The translations under genes and the position numbers were made by a program. Positions 9,475-19,143 of a stretch of 64,000 bases of DNA are shown piece after piece. Within the stretch, counting starts at the first letter, position 1. The number at the start of each line of letters is the position of its first letter. The stretch spans positions 186,001 through 250,000 of the IMG/VR virus record IMGVR_UViG_3300049215_000771. One strand, given 5' to 3'. Under the pieces are notes generated by a model. The model had not been told where the DNA came from, did no database searches, and saw only the letters and a program-made list of their open reading frames with translations.

Positions 9475-9879
9475 ATGAGTAACACCGTGACGGTTGGGAA
9501 GATTAAACTACAAGATCATCCCACCAACCCTGACTTGCAAATCGGCACCATCAACGGACATCAAGTCGTTGTCGGTCGCCACTACGATCCAGACACCTTG
9601 GGATTTTTTATCCCCGAAGGTGCTATCGTGCCTGACAAACTGGCCGACGAGATGTGGGTCCGTGGACGACTCGCCGGCAAACAACGCAACCGTGTCAAAA
9701 CCAGGGAACTCCACGGCGTTCACTCGGAAGGACTGTTCTACGGCTCATGCTACTGGACCAAACAAGGCAACCAGTGGATCGAAGTCAGCAGCCCTTCTTG
9801 GAACAACAACTGGAAGGAAGGGGATGATGTCGCCAAAGAAGTCGGCATCACCTTCGCTGAAGAATTGGTCGAAGCATGA
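9475..9879 (+). CDS. stand-alone OB-fold like the N-terminal domain of DRB0094-family RNA ligases
   Basis: HP.NPDL ... VVVG......GFFIPEGAIVP ... RVKT..L.GV.SEGL. Confidence 0.6.
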   Translation: MSNTVTVGKIKLQDHPTNPDLQIGTINGHQVVVGRHYDPDTLGFFIPEGAIVPDKLADEMWVRGRLAGKQRNRVKTRELHGVHSEGLFYGSCYWTKQGNQWIEVSSPSWNNNWKEGDDVAKEVGITFAEELVEA

Positions 9880-10070
9880 TCCAAGAACCCCAACTTCATT
9901 GGTGGGAGAAATTGTTTTATTTTACGCTATGGTGTTTCATCATTGCCATGATTATCCCCATAGCTTCCCTGGTGTTCTTTCTCACCGGCACCTGGTACGG
10001 CAGCGGTGTTTATGGGGCACTATACCATCGCAGCGAACTTGGTAAATGGCCACCGAAGGAGAAGAAATGA
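9876..10070 (+). CDS. small membrane protein
   Basis: hydrophobic, ATGA overlap. Confidence 0.55.
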   Translation: MIQEPQLHWWEKLFYFTLWCFIIAMIIPIASLVFFLTGTWYGSGVYGALYHRSELGKWPPKEKK

Positions 10071-10288
10071 ACTGTGCTTGCGGTCGCCCACTTCACTACA
10101 ACGATCCCAATGCCCAGGCTCAGGTCCAACGCCTCGTGGATCAACTTGGTGAATATACCACCATTACCGTCCCTGGCATCGGTAGCTACAAGGTCCAGCG
10201 CCACTATATCGGGCTGCATGGCGTTGTCGCTGCCGAACTCCCTAAACTCGCCCGCAAAGGTATTGTTGAGGAAATCCACAATGGATGA
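10067..10288 (+). CDS. hypothetical protein
   Basis: ATGA overlap. Confidence 0.6.
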   Translation: MNCACGRPLHYNDPNAQAQVQRLVDQLGEYTTITVPGIGSYKVQRHYIGLHGVVAAELPKLARKGIVEEIHNG

Positions 10289-10649
10289 CCCGAAAGCGTT
10301 TGTTGAAGATTTCATCAAGGCCAACTTCGACCTGACACCTGGCATGATCCTCGAAGTCCATGACACTGAGGAAATCAACAGCCTCGCCGCCACGGTCAAG
10401 AACCTCGACTACGACTACCAGGCCGAACAGTGGGTCCAGGACATCATGACCGATGAAGTCAATGGTGGGCCACGCAAATTCGCCCTCGCCAAGTTCATCC
10501 TGAAAGACGACCAAGGCATCCGGGCCGTCTGGAAGGTTCTGCCCAACATGGATGTCGCAATTGTCGAAAAATCACCCCGCTTTACCGGCGAGTGGGTGTT
10601 GAATTTACCATTCACGCCGAGACGGAAGGAACAGTACGATGGCGAATAG
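10281..10649 (+). CDS. hypothetical protein
   Basis: GAGG SD. Confidence 0.65.
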   Translation: MDDPKAFVEDFIKANFDLTPGMILEVHDTEEINSLAATVKNLDYDYQAEQWVQDIMTDEVNGGPRKFALAKFILKDDQGIRAVWKVLPNMDVAIVEKSPRFTGEWVLNLPFTPRRKEQYDGE

Positions 10650-11067
10650 CCTCATGGTCATCAAACCCTACCAGTGGGAAGGCATTTGGGTGTTTGATGA
10701 CGAAACCACCGGCCTCGTCAAAGAAGCCTTGGTCGCAGGGACCGACAAAATCCTTGAAGGACTTTGTAACTTCAACAACATCCCGATGGAGTCCGCCAAG
10801 AAGGGCTTCCGGCTCATCTTCTCCGAGACGCCGTTCCCCGGCTGGCAACTCCACGCCAAACACGACAAGTCCGACGTGGGCGATGGCGACCTGGGCAGCG
10901 ACCAGGTGTTTGGCAACTGGTACGAAGTCGTTGACATGCTCGACCACACCGGCAAGTCCCAGCAATACGTCAAGGGCATGAAGGGATGGCTGTGCCCCGC
11001 CCTGTTCAAATACTTCGACCACACGCCCAAAAACCTCTACGCCAAGGCCGAGGAAATCAAGGACTGA
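10639..11067 (+). CDS. DUF6717-like protein
   Basis: IKPY..EG.WVFDD...GL..E.LV.G.D ... WLCPAL.KYF...P.N.Y. Confidence 0.75.
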   Translation: MANSLMVIKPYQWEGIWVFDDETTGLVKEALVAGTDKILEGLCNFNNIPMESAKKGFRLIFSETPFPGWQLHAKHDKSDVGDGDLGSDQVFGNWYEVVDMLDHTGKSQQYVKGMKGWLCPALFKYFDHTPKNLYAKAEEIKD

Positions 11068-11080
11068 TAACACCAACAAA

Positions 11081-11117
11081 ACAACGCCTACAGCCGGCAT
11101 TCCTGCCGGCTGTTGTC
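11081..11117 (+). terminator. intrinsic terminator-like hairpin
   Basis: CAGCCGGCA-TTCC-TGCCGGCTG followed by T-rich bases. Confidence 0.55.
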
Positions 11118-11128
11118 ATTTATACGGT

Positions 11129-11344
11129 ATGAACAACCTCAAATATCGTGAGTGGGAAAATAAGAGATTCCGTTTCAACGACGGCACGTTCTACCACGAC
11201 CGCTTCAAGGATAACACAGGCACTATCCTCAAGATCGGACCAATACTTGCGCATTACCAGATGGATGACGATAAAACTGTGTACACCATGCCGCTGCAAA
11301 ACCTCGACAAAAAAATGGATGTGGTCACTTTAGTTCAGGATTGA
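11129..11344 (+). CDS. hypothetical protein
   Basis: ORF. Confidence 0.55.
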   Translation: MNNLKYREWENKRFRFNDGTFYHDRFKDNTGTILKIGPILAHYQMDDDKTVYTMPLQNLDKKMDVVTLVQD

Positions 11345-11373
11345 TTTACAAGCTAATCGCTCCGTGGTATAAT
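11345..11373 (+). promoter_or_regulatory. sigma70-type promoter, leaderless
   Basis: TTTACA-N17-TATAAT, ATG 5 nt downstream. Confidence 0.75.
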
Positions 11374-11378
11374 CCGGC

Positions 11379-11585
11379 ATGAAGTACATCATCACCGTGG
11401 AAATCACAAAGGACGACCGGCCTGTTAAACCCAAAGACCTGCGTGGGCAAATGGTCGCCAAGTTCCCCAGGGTCGCCCCAAAATTGTTCAAGAAAGCCAT
11501 TCGCCTTCTGTGCTGGCCGTTCGGAGCCAACATCAAAGTGGAATTCGTCGAAGAAGACGAAAAACCCAGGAAGAACAACAAGTGA
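11379..11585 (+). CDS. hypothetical protein
   Basis: directly after promoter. Confidence 0.65.
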   Translation: MKYIITVEITKDDRPVKPKDLRGQMVAKFPRVAPKLFKKAIRLLCWPFGANIKVEFVEEDEKPRKNNK

Positions 11586-11959
11586 CCATCGACGTGGATG
11601 CTCCTGAATACCAACTCGACCCTCCTCCACCACGATATTCCAAGTGGAAGGTCGGCTTGTTCTGTTGGTTTACGTTCTTGCTGTTGATTTGTTTCTTCTA
11701 TCCCTACGAGGATGGACAAATCAACTGGCTCGGCGTGGGGATCAATTCGTTGTTCATGCTGGTGTACGGACTGGAAATCTACAGAAGGCGAAAACAGGTC
11801 ATGCTCCTGGAACGCCTCCATCGACACTTTGAGGCGCTGAAACGCATTGTCAAAACACCTACAATGCGTTATGATGAGGAAACCAAGACATACTTCCTGA
11901 CCTGGCTGTTCAGCCTCACGCCGGAAGATGTTGACAAAATGATGATGAGGAAACAATGA
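11582..11959 (+). CDS. hypothetical membrane protein
   Basis: two TM-like segments. Confidence 0.6.
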   Translation: MTIDVDAPEYQLDPPPPRYSKWKVGLFCWFTFLLLICFFYPYEDGQINWLGVGINSLFMLVYGLEIYRRRKQVMLLERLHRHFEALKRIVKTPTMRYDEETKTYFLTWLFSLTPEDVDKMMMRKQ

Positions 11960-12381
11960 AAGAAACCATCGAACGCATTATGGATATTGTCTACCAGGAC
12001 AAGGCCCGCATTACTGGTCATATGGCCCAGGCACTTGCACTTACCATCAAGCCTATCCTGGAAGCACTCGGTAAACCCGAAGACGCCCCAGCAGTCTGCG
12101 AACAACTCGCCGAACAACTCACACCACTCGGCGAAGAAATCGGGCGGGAAGCATACGCCAAGTTCTACACGGATGAGCAACTGAATCGCCTTGCCGACTT
12201 CCACGAAGCAAACCCGTGGTATACCGGCACCCAAGGCGATGCCCAGGTGTGGATCACTGAACAGGTCGCTCAACGAAGCCGCCCGTTCGTCGAAGCGATC
12301 CTCAACAAATACATCGAGGACGACGATGAGCCTGCAACAGCAATCACCGACAACTCTCAAATTCCCGAAGCCCTTCAGTGA
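11956..12381 (+). CDS. DUF2059-like helical protein
   Basis: YAKFYTDEQL..LA.F pattern. Confidence 0.5.
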   Translation: MKETIERIMDIVYQDKARITGHMAQALALTIKPILEALGKPEDAPAVCEQLAEQLTPLGEEIGREAYAKFYTDEQLNRLADFHEANPWYTGTQGDAQVWITEQVAQRSRPFVEAILNKYIEDDDEPATAITDNSQIPEALQ

Positions 12382-12796
12382 TTACGCCGACGAAGTTCTC
12401 TACCTGCTTGTCAACCGTGGCCCACAAGCAGGTAGAGAACTTCGTGCTGCCCTCAATGAAGGCAAAACCTGGTTCTGGCAACGCTGGTCCACTGCCGGGT
12501 TCTACAAACTGATGTCCGACCTGGAAGATGCCGGCATCGTGCAGTTCACCGTCGATTGCCATATTGAAGGCTTCGATGACTACATGCTGCACCCACGCCA
12601 TCGCATCTATAACCCTGCCGAAATCGACAACGTGGCTGGGAAACAAGTCCTGTTCACCACGGCCTTCGGCAAGCCCCAAAAAGGAACTGTCAGCTATCAG
12701 GAAGGACACAAACTGTTCATCAACTGGTTGAATCCAAACCTCAACATCATGCAGGCTGTTCGTTTCGCCCACAAAGTTTTACTTACGGGGAAATGA
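12326..12796 (+). CDS. winged-helix (PadR-like) DNA-binding protein
   Basis: L.LL..GP..G.EL...L ... FY..M..LE..G.V. Confidence 0.5.
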   Translation: MSLQQQSPTTLKFPKPFSDYADEVLYLLVNRGPQAGRELRAALNEGKTWFWQRWSTAGFYKLMSDLEDAGIVQFTVDCHIEGFDDYMLHPRHRIYNPAEIDNVAGKQVLFTTAFGKPQKGTVSYQEGHKLFINWLNPNLNIMQAVRFAHKVLLTGK

Positions 12797-13128
12797 TGCA
12801 CGATCCAACCCACGAATACTCGGATGATTGTGAGGGCTGCCGCCCCTGTATGCAAGACCGTAATACCGGCGAAGTCCTGCCGGATGACCACCCCGACGTG
12901 ATCGCCATGCGCAAGGTCTTCTATGAAGACTTCACCCTGGCCGAACGCCGGGCCTACCATCGTGCTATTTTCCAAAACAGCAAAAATGCCTTCGACCACG
13001 CCTGCGCCAACCGGATCATGGAGGCAATGGTGAAGGCAATCGGCGGCACAATCGAACGCTGGGCCAAACCCGGCGAGATCGAGGCGATGCAGGAAGAGTT
13101 TCAAAGGAGAAAGAACAATGCCGGATGA
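12793..13128 (+). CDS. hypothetical protein
   Basis: ATGA overlap. Confidence 0.65.
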   Translation: MMHDPTHEYSDDCEGCRPCMQDRNTGEVLPDDHPDVIAMRKVFYEDFTLAERRAYHRAIFQNSKNAFDHACANRIMEAMVKAIGGTIERWAKPGEIEAMQEEFQRRKNNAG

Positions 13129-13801
13129 TTTCCAATACTTCAAGGGTCTGAACCCCAAGAAGAAACAACCCGAAGGTTTCGCCGAGATTCCTCCTCAGCC
13201 GCCCGAAGTTCGACAACCTGCCAACCCGCAAGGTTATGTTGAATTCGCCCAGGCATGGAACCCCGCTGCCCAGGCAGAAATCGACGAGATGTTCCGGGCC
13301 TTCAACGAGTCCGGGCAAGACTCCCAGCGTGTTTTCTCCAGCGCCCTCGTCGGCAACATCAACGGCCCCCACGGAATGCACACCCTGCATATCCAACGTG
13401 GTAAACCAGAAGGTACAATCTGGCCCAACGGCAGCACGGCGGGTGATAGCCTCGAAGATGAATACAACAGCTTGCGACAGGTCATGCTCGAAGCCCAACC
13501 GCCAAACCCGCCTTACCACAACGGCATCCCGGCTGAAGACATCGGCCCCATCGACCAGGCATGGTTCGTGCTGTTTGATGACTGCACCAGGCTCGATCCG
13601 CCCCTCATGGATGAGTACAACAGGCCATTTCACGATGAGTGGAATGCCTTGATGAATTGCTGGCCCAACAACGCCCTCATCGCCGACATCTGGAATCGCC
13701 GCCGCATGACCTTCGCCCAACTCGTCGAGCGTGTGCGCAATATGGTTGTCGCCCCCGAAGACCCCAACCTCAAATATCACTGGTATGACAGGACGGAGTA
13801 A
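13118..13801 (+). CDS. hypothetical protein
   Basis: AGGAG SD. Confidence 0.7.
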   Translation: MPDDFQYFKGLNPKKKQPEGFAEIPPQPPEVRQPANPQGYVEFAQAWNPAAQAEIDEMFRAFNESGQDSQRVFSSALVGNINGPHGMHTLHIQRGKPEGTIWPNGSTAGDSLEDEYNSLRQVMLEAQPPNPPYHNGIPAEDIGPIDQAWFVLFDDCTRLDPPLMDEYNRPFHDEWNALMNCWPNNALIADIWNRRRMTFAQLVERVRNMVVAPEDPNLKYHWYDRTE

Positions 13802-13804
13802 ACC

Positions 13805-14119
13805 ATGCGCAGACTCATCCAACGGATCAGAAACTTCATCAGCCCGCCCGAACCACCGAAACCGCATCTGCCTGTCCTCTACACCAAGGAGCAGGCGGAA
13901 CAAATCCTGCAACTTGTCATCGACGGATGCTGGCAACAACGAAACTTCTGCATCCGTGAAGGACATCAGGGCATGGCCGGATTGTTCGGCGAAGAAGCAC
14001 AACGAGTCCAACGTGCCAAAGATGAACTCCAGGATTTCAACGATTCGGATGTCATTCTCGCCAATACCCGCCCTTACTTCAGCCTGCTACAGACCAGGTA
14101 TCCAACAAGGGCCAACTAA
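13805..14119 (+). CDS. hypothetical protein
   Basis: GGAG SD. Confidence 0.65.
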   Translation: MRRLIQRIRNFISPPEPPKPHLPVLYTKEQAEQILQLVIDGCWQQRNFCIREGHQGMAGLFGEEAQRVQRAKDELQDFNDSDVILANTRPYFSLLQTRYPTRAN

Positions 14120-14293
14120 ATGTACGAAATAAGGAAAGAAAGCGCCGTCCTCTCCCAAGGACAAACTCCCGAAGAAGCCATCAGCAAACTCACTGGCCGG
14201 CACGAGAAAACTGAATTGTGGTTCCGGGGCCAATTCGTCGCTGAACTCGAACATACGGAAGAAAAAATCCACACGCATTGGGTGGGAGACTGA
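14120..14293 (+). CDS. small hypothetical protein (57 aa)
   Basis: fills gap; stop overlaps next ATG. Confidence 0.5.
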   Translation: MYEIRKESAVLSQGQTPEEAISKLTGRHEKTELWFRGQFVAELEHTEEKIHTHWVGD

Positions 14294-14847
14294 TGGCAAT
14301 ACTCAAAGGCTTCCCTCCAAGCAGTAGCATCAGTCCTGGCCCACGCATCAGGACTGCTACCCGTTGGGAACAAACACAAGAAATCATCGACATGGCCGAA
14401 CCACTGACAATGCTCGACATGATGGGAAAAGTTCTCAACAATCCCACCATGTACCTCGCCGAAGCCAATATCTTCAAGTTTGAAGATTTCTGGCATGGGT
14501 GGACGCTGGGCAGGGTCCGGCCCGATGAGAATAAGTTCATGCTGGCGTTTTACGACTGGACAATAGAGAAAGTGAAAAGCAAATGCCCCCGTGAGAACGG
14601 CTGGGCCTTCATGTTTCACCAACTCGCCAAGGAGAAACAACGAGAAGAATCTGATTCCCTCAAAAACAAACCGCTCAGGAAGTCAGACGACATCTTGTTC
14701 TGCTCCAAGAGATCGGAAGAACTTGCCCTCGATTACCTTGCCACCTACTGGTTTCGCTTCATCCAAGAAACCCCAGCGGAGAATTTCCCCTATGACACCG
14801 AAAAAGCCAAACACGTCAAACCCTGGCGAACCATCGACGACCTATGA
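14293..14847 (+). CDS. hypothetical protein with C-terminal WRTIDDL motif
   Basis: TGATG coupling; C-terminal motif shared with five other ORFs. Confidence 0.7.
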   Translation: MAILKGFPPSSSISPGPRIRTATRWEQTQEIIDMAEPLTMLDMMGKVLNNPTMYLAEANIFKFEDFWHGWTLGRVRPDENKFMLAFYDWTIEKVKSKCPRENGWAFMFHQLAKEKQREESDSLKNKPLRKSDDILFCSKRSEELALDYLATYWFRFIQETPAENFPYDTEKAKHVKPWRTIDDL

Positions 14848-15058
14848 AGTGACCTTGCAACATAGCGTCAACGGCAAGGTCAAAGCTACCAAAGCCTGTG
14901 ATGTCACAGCCGACAGCGAAGATGAAGCTATCCAGTGCGCCCTCGAAGTCGCTGGAAGCTGCCAGGGCGGAATGTTCAACACATTCCTGGAAGGCAAACA
15001 TGAACTCACCGTCGTCTCCTGTACCATTGTGCCCCAACCACAACGCCCCATTCCATGA
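14792..15058 (+). CDS. hypothetical protein
   Basis: ORF; start uncertain. Confidence 0.5.
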   Translation: MTPKKPNTSNPGEPSTTYEVTLQHSVNGKVKATKACDVTADSEDEAIQCALEVAGSCQGGMFNTFLEGKHELTVVSCTIVPQPQRPIP

Positions 15059-15092
15059 CTGGCTTACATGCTACGATTGCTACATACTCTAC

Positions 15093-15458
15093 ATGAAAGC
15101 TACAAGGAACAAACGCAAGCGAGACAAACGACGGAAGTATCGTAACATCCGTATCCAAAGCCCCGCTAACAAGTGGACCCAACTTGAAGCCATCTTGGAT
15201 CATTGCAAAGAAGCCCTCGCCTATGCCTCCAAGAACAACGACTGGAATAACCTCGACTGGCCCCCAGGTTGGTCCTACGAGAAGTGGCGCTTCCTCCGAG
15301 ACTACGCCAGGGAGAAACTGGAAAACCATCACCAAGGTCGCATGAACCGTATCATGGGCGGTCCAAAACAAACCGAAGCCTTCAATGAGTGGCTGTTCGA
15401 TATGTGCGACATACTCCACCATGCTCGCCAAGAAGGAATCTTGCCCGACGAAAGGTGA
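15093..15458 (+). CDS. hypothetical protein
   Basis: CTACATA-N6-ATG upstream. Confidence 0.6.
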   Translation: MKATRNKRKRDKRRKYRNIRIQSPANKWTQLEAILDHCKEALAYASKNNDWNNLDWPPGWSYEKWRFLRDYAREKLENHHQGRMNRIMGGPKQTEAFNEWLFDMCDILHHARQEGILPDER

Positions 15459-15460
15459 AT

Positions 15461-15766
15461 ATGCTGGCCGTTCAAACCCAAAGCAAAATAGACGGACTTT
15501 GGCAAAACGTGAAGCGATTCCGTAAAAAAACCACCAAAACCGAAGTTGATCGTCAGTTTTTGTGGTGGAAGTGGAAAGGCGTTATCACAACACCCGAAGA
15601 TACGACTGCGTTCAGAAAACGAGTGGCGGAATTTGCCTCGTCAATCAACAACACTGGCGAAAACATCAGAATTCAAGAATACCTTCCAGCCTATGACGAA
15701 TATGGAATGAAATGGTATCCGAGCGACTGGTCTGAAACTGTGTGGCTTAATGGCGAATGGCTATGA
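15461..15766 (+). CDS. hypothetical protein
   Basis: AGGTG SD. Confidence 0.6.
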   Translation: MLAVQTQSKIDGLWQNVKRFRKKTTKTEVDRQFLWWKWKGVITTPEDTTAFRKRVAEFASSINNTGENIRIQEYLPAYDEYGMKWYPSDWSETVWLNGEWL

Positions 15767-15954
15767 ACGATCTCGACAAAGATTGGTCGCCCAATGACGA
15801 TTACTTCTATGAGATTCAAGATGCCAAGTTATGGACAACACCCATCAATGAAGAAGGATACCAAAAAATAATCGACCTTATCTTGGAACTGCCCAACCTG
15901 AAACCCAAGAAGAAACGCTGGCGATCTATCGACGACCCCATCGAACCGAGCTAA
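15757..15954 (+). CDS. hypothetical protein with C-terminal WRSIDDP motif
   Basis: ends KKKRWRSIDDPIEPS. Confidence 0.65.
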   Translation: MAMNDLDKDWSPNDDYFYEIQDAKLWTTPINEEGYQKIIDLILELPNLKPKKKRWRSIDDPIEPS

Positions 15955-15956
15955 TC

Positions 15957-16310
15957 ATGGAAAAAGAACTCAGCTTCCAAGTCCTCGACCTGGAAGACAT
16001 CAACGTGTGCTACTCCGAAGGCGTCCTGAAGGTCATCACCCTTCTCGACAAGCCTACCCACACCCTCAATGGCTACATCGAACTCCTCGCTCGTAAAGCC
16101 ATGCGTGACTACCCGCTCAAATTCGATCCCTCCGAGAACCCCTTCATCAATGCCGTCGCCAACGATAATGTCTTCAAAGCCCAAGTTGGCTACGTCAGTT
16201 TTATCTTCACCGCAGCTAACTACAACGGCAAGAACACCATCTTCGTGTTCCTTTGGGAAGAACTGGAGGAACAAGAAATCCAAGATGGCCAAACAAGGAG
16301 GAAAACATGA
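15957..16310 (+). CDS. hypothetical protein
   Basis: ORF in coupled run. Confidence 0.65.
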   Translation: MEKELSFQVLDLEDINVCYSEGVLKVITLLDKPTHTLNGYIELLARKAMRDYPLKFDPSENPFINAVANDNVFKAQVGYVSFIFTAANYNGKNTIFVFLWEELEEQEIQDGQTRRKT

Positions 16311-16807
16311 AGAAATGGATTATTTGCGTATTACTGCTACTGCCGGGTTGCCATCCCGATAAACCAGCCTACACCCCCGTCAATTGGGACGCTCCCACTA
16401 TCCCGCCTCAGTCCAAACCCTTCCCGCCAGCACCCCCGCCCGAACAACCCCAAACCGTCAATAGCCAACTCCTCGACCTGCATAATCACGAACGCACCAC
16501 CAAAGGTCGCCCAGCCCTGCAAATGGATGACCAACTCAACAAGTATGCCCAGGACCATGCCAACTGGATGGCCCAACATTCCAACTTGCAACACTCTAAT
16601 ATCTCCAATGTCCTCAAACTCGGCTACATGACCGCAGGGGAAAATATCGCCTGGAATCAGCAAACCCCACAAGAAGTCGTTAATGCCTGGATGCACAGTT
16701 CCGGCCACCGAGCTAATATCCTCAATAATCGCTTCACCAAAGTAGGTTTCGGTATGGCCTATAACCAACACGGAGAACCCTATTGGTGTACGGTTTTCGG
16801 TGGATGA
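16307..16807 (+). CDS. CAP (SCP-like) domain lipoprotein
   Basis: lipobox LPGC; HN.ER...G...L..D..L...AQ.HA..MA; GENIA; WM.S.GHRANIL. Confidence 0.9.
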   Translation: MKKWIICVLLLLPGCHPDKPAYTPVNWDAPTIPPQSKPFPPAPPPEQPQTVNSQLLDLHNHERTTKGRPALQMDDQLNKYAQDHANWMAQHSNLQHSNISNVLKLGYMTAGENIAWNQQTPQEVVNAWMHSSGHRANILNNRFTKVGFGMAYNQHGEPYWCTVFGG

Positions 16808-16823
16808 GAAGCTACATAAAGTC

Positions 16824-17555
16824 ATGAAGACTTTCTACGAATGGCTGCACGAAGCGAAATCAGCTAACATAGGACAAACTCCCGCCCAGCCTGCGCCCCA
16901 AGCAAAACCACCAGTAGCAAAACCATCAGTAGCAAAACCACAACCAATTAACCACGGTTATAACAAACCACAAGCCCCAGCCCCACAACCACAGCAACAA
17001 GCCCCAGCCCCAGCCCCAGCCCCACAAGCCCCAGCCCCAGCCCCAGCCCCACAACCACAGCAACAGCCCGCACAGCAGCCACAACAAGGGTCTGCGGGAA
17101 CCGCACCAGATGGCGAGCCGCTGGTGAAAACTCCCGATGGGAAAATCATCAGAAGTTCTGCTGTGTCCAATGCTATCTTCCAGCAATTTGATGAGTTGCT
17201 GAAAAAGAACGCTGATGGTTTCATCAAGAACAAAATAACCGATCCAATGCAACACCAGGGCTTCCAGAAACAAGTACAACAACTCATCAGCAAATGGAAC
17301 CTGCCGCCAGACCAGGCCAAACAAGTCCAAGATCAAATCTTCGGACCCCAAGGCTGGTACTACAAAGGACGTGGCGGACTCGGCGGAAATACCCTCGCCT
17401 TCATCCAACAATCCATCCAAGACCCTACAGCCTTCACAGGCGATAAAGGTGCAGCACAACGACAACAGCAGCAACAACAGCAAGTCCCCGTTGCCCAGGT
17501 AGCCCCACCCCAGCCTCAGAAAAAGTCCTGGATGAGTAGCTGGTTCGGCGGCTAA
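16824..17555 (+). CDS. Pro/Gln-rich putative internal head protein
   Basis: CTACATA-N5-ATG; N-terminus MKTFYEWLHE. Confidence 0.7.
   Translation: MKTFYEWLHEAKSANIGQTPAQPAPQAKPPVAKPSVAKPQPINHGYNKPQAPAPQPQQQAPAPAPAPQAPAPAPAPQPQQQPAQQPQQGSAGTAPDGEPLVKTPDGKIIRSSAVSNAIFQQFDELLKKNADGFIKNKITDPMQHQGFQKQVQQLISKWNLPPDQAKQVQDQIFGPQGWYYKGRGGLGGNTLAFIQQSIQDPTAFTGDKGAAQRQQQQQQQVPVAQVAPPQPQKKSWMSSWFGG
16973..17085 (+). repeat. coding tandem repeats (CCCCAG)n encoding AP/QP linker
   Basis: GCCCCAGCCCCA runs. Confidence 0.8.
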
Positions 17556-17561
17556 TCTGAC

Positions 17562-17590
17562 TTTACAATCCTCCAGAAACGGGGTAAAAT
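17562..17590 (+). promoter_or_regulatory. sigma70-type promoter
   Basis: TTTACA-N17-TAAAAT. Confidence 0.7.
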
Positions 17591-17611
17591 CCACCCCAAG
17601 GAGGATTGTTT

Positions 17612-18208
17612 ATGCTCCAGCAACTTCATGATGCGCTCGTCCGGCTTCCGGCCATGCTCGATGACCGTGCCCGCTGGGATAGCCTCATCATCAACCGCCG
17701 TAAGCCATTCACTTACCGGGTGTTCACCCAACTCGAAGAAGGCTTCCGGCTGTGCCTGCACAAATTCGACCCCTGCTTCACCCAGGAGGCGTTTTTCCAC
17801 CCCCACCCCTGGCCCGGTGCTTTCGTGCTGCTCCAGGGCGCTTACAAAATGAAAGTGGGATATTCCAAAGACGACACCGGCCAGCGACAGCATCGGCTCG
17901 CTAAACCCGATGAAGTCATGGAAATGGTCCTGAATCGCCACTCCATGTACGAGATCATCAACCCACTTACCTGGCATAGCGTCATTCCCCTGGAAACCAG
18001 CTACACAGTCATGCTCAACGGCTGGCCCTTCCCGCCCGAACACGCCCATGCCGAAGTCCGTACAACCAAAGGCAAAGACCTGGACAAAATGCCCGAAGAA
18101 GAACTCCTCGACCACCTGAGAACCTTCAAGAAACTCGTCCATGACTACATCACCACCTACGGCGCAACCCGCCAGTGGGCGCATCATGGGCATACCCTGG
18201 AGGAATAA
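17612..18208 (+). CDS. cupin-fold protein
   Basis: HPHPW...LL.G.Y and WHSV metal-binding motifs. Confidence 0.6.
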   Translation: MLQQLHDALVRLPAMLDDRARWDSLIINRRKPFTYRVFTQLEEGFRLCLHKFDPCFTQEAFFHPHPWPGAFVLLQGAYKMKVGYSKDDTGQRQHRLAKPDEVMEMVLNRHSMYEIINPLTWHSVIPLETSYTVMLNGWPFPPEHAHAEVRTTKGKDLDKMPEEELLDHLRTFKKLVHDYITTYGATRQWAHHGHTLEE

Positions 18209-18443
18209 CTTGAAGGCTGATACTTTCTTCGACAAGCTGACGCCCCAAGAATGCCATAAACCCATCCAGGCCGACATCGCCTGGCTACGGATGGTCTACC
18301 GACACCTGACCGACGCTTCCACCAGCTTGCACGACAAAGAAAAACCCGACGCCGAGCGTATCGACAACACCTTCTGCCCACTCGATAACGCCATCGTGTT
18401 TGTTGAAGATATGCTGTACAAGTCCCTTGAGGACAAAACTTGA
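18141..18443 (+). CDS. hypothetical protein
   Basis: ORF; start uncertain. Confidence 0.5.
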   Translation: MTTSPPTAQPASGRIMGIPWRNNLKADTFFDKLTPQECHKPIQADIAWLRMVYRHLTDASTSLHDKEKPDAERIDNTFCPLDNAIVFVEDMLYKSLEDKT

Positions 18444-18528
18444 CACGCAAAGAGAAAATCCTGTTCTGGACCGTGTTCACACTGCTTACAATTAAAGCAG
18501 CATTCTACATTTACTTCAGGATTCTCTA

Positions 18529-19140
18529 ATGGAAGTTTCAGTTGGCGATTACGGCAGAATGATGTTCGAGATGATGGTCGCAGAAAAATACTCCGATCTC
18601 CCCGAACACTGGCAATCTATCAAGAAAGAAGCCGAACCCCTCGTTCGTAAACTCCTCGCCCTCAACAACAAAATGTCCAACGGTGGCTACAAAATCCACG
18701 GCTACGTCGAGAAGAAAGGTAAGAAGAAAGTCAAAGTCCTCTCCGACCACGAGAAAATCAATATCGCCCAGGCCCAACTCGCTGTCGATGCCGGCACACT
18801 CCAGGAAGGTGATTACTTCTGGTTGTACAAACACTACGACCATGAAATGTATATCGGACAAGACGACCCACTGTCCGTCACGGAAGTCACCAAGAAAGCT
18901 GTTTACTTCGAGATGTCCCACTGCGGCGGACATCACACCGAATCCATCGCCCTTAACGACAAGGTGCTGAAAGCGCCAGATTTCTACAAGGAATACGACG
19001 AAACCTGCTCCAGACTACACAACGGGACCATCACCCACGAAGAGTTCAATAGGCTTCAGAAAGAACACTACGCCAAGGAAGATGAGTTCACGTCCGATGC
19101 CTACTGGCTCAAGAAGTACGAAGAACTGCACAAGGAGTAA
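18529..19140 (+). CDS. hypothetical protein
   Basis: ORF. Confidence 0.7.
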   Translation: MEVSVGDYGRMMFEMMVAEKYSDLPEHWQSIKKEAEPLVRKLLALNNKMSNGGYKIHGYVEKKGKKKVKVLSDHEKINIAQAQLAVDAGTLQEGDYFWLYKHYDHEMYIGQDDPLSVTEVTKKAVYFEMSHCGGHHTESIALNDKVLKAPDFYKEYDETCSRLHNGTITHEEFNRLQKEHYAKEDEFTSDAYWLKKYEELHKE

Positions 19141-19143
19141 ACC

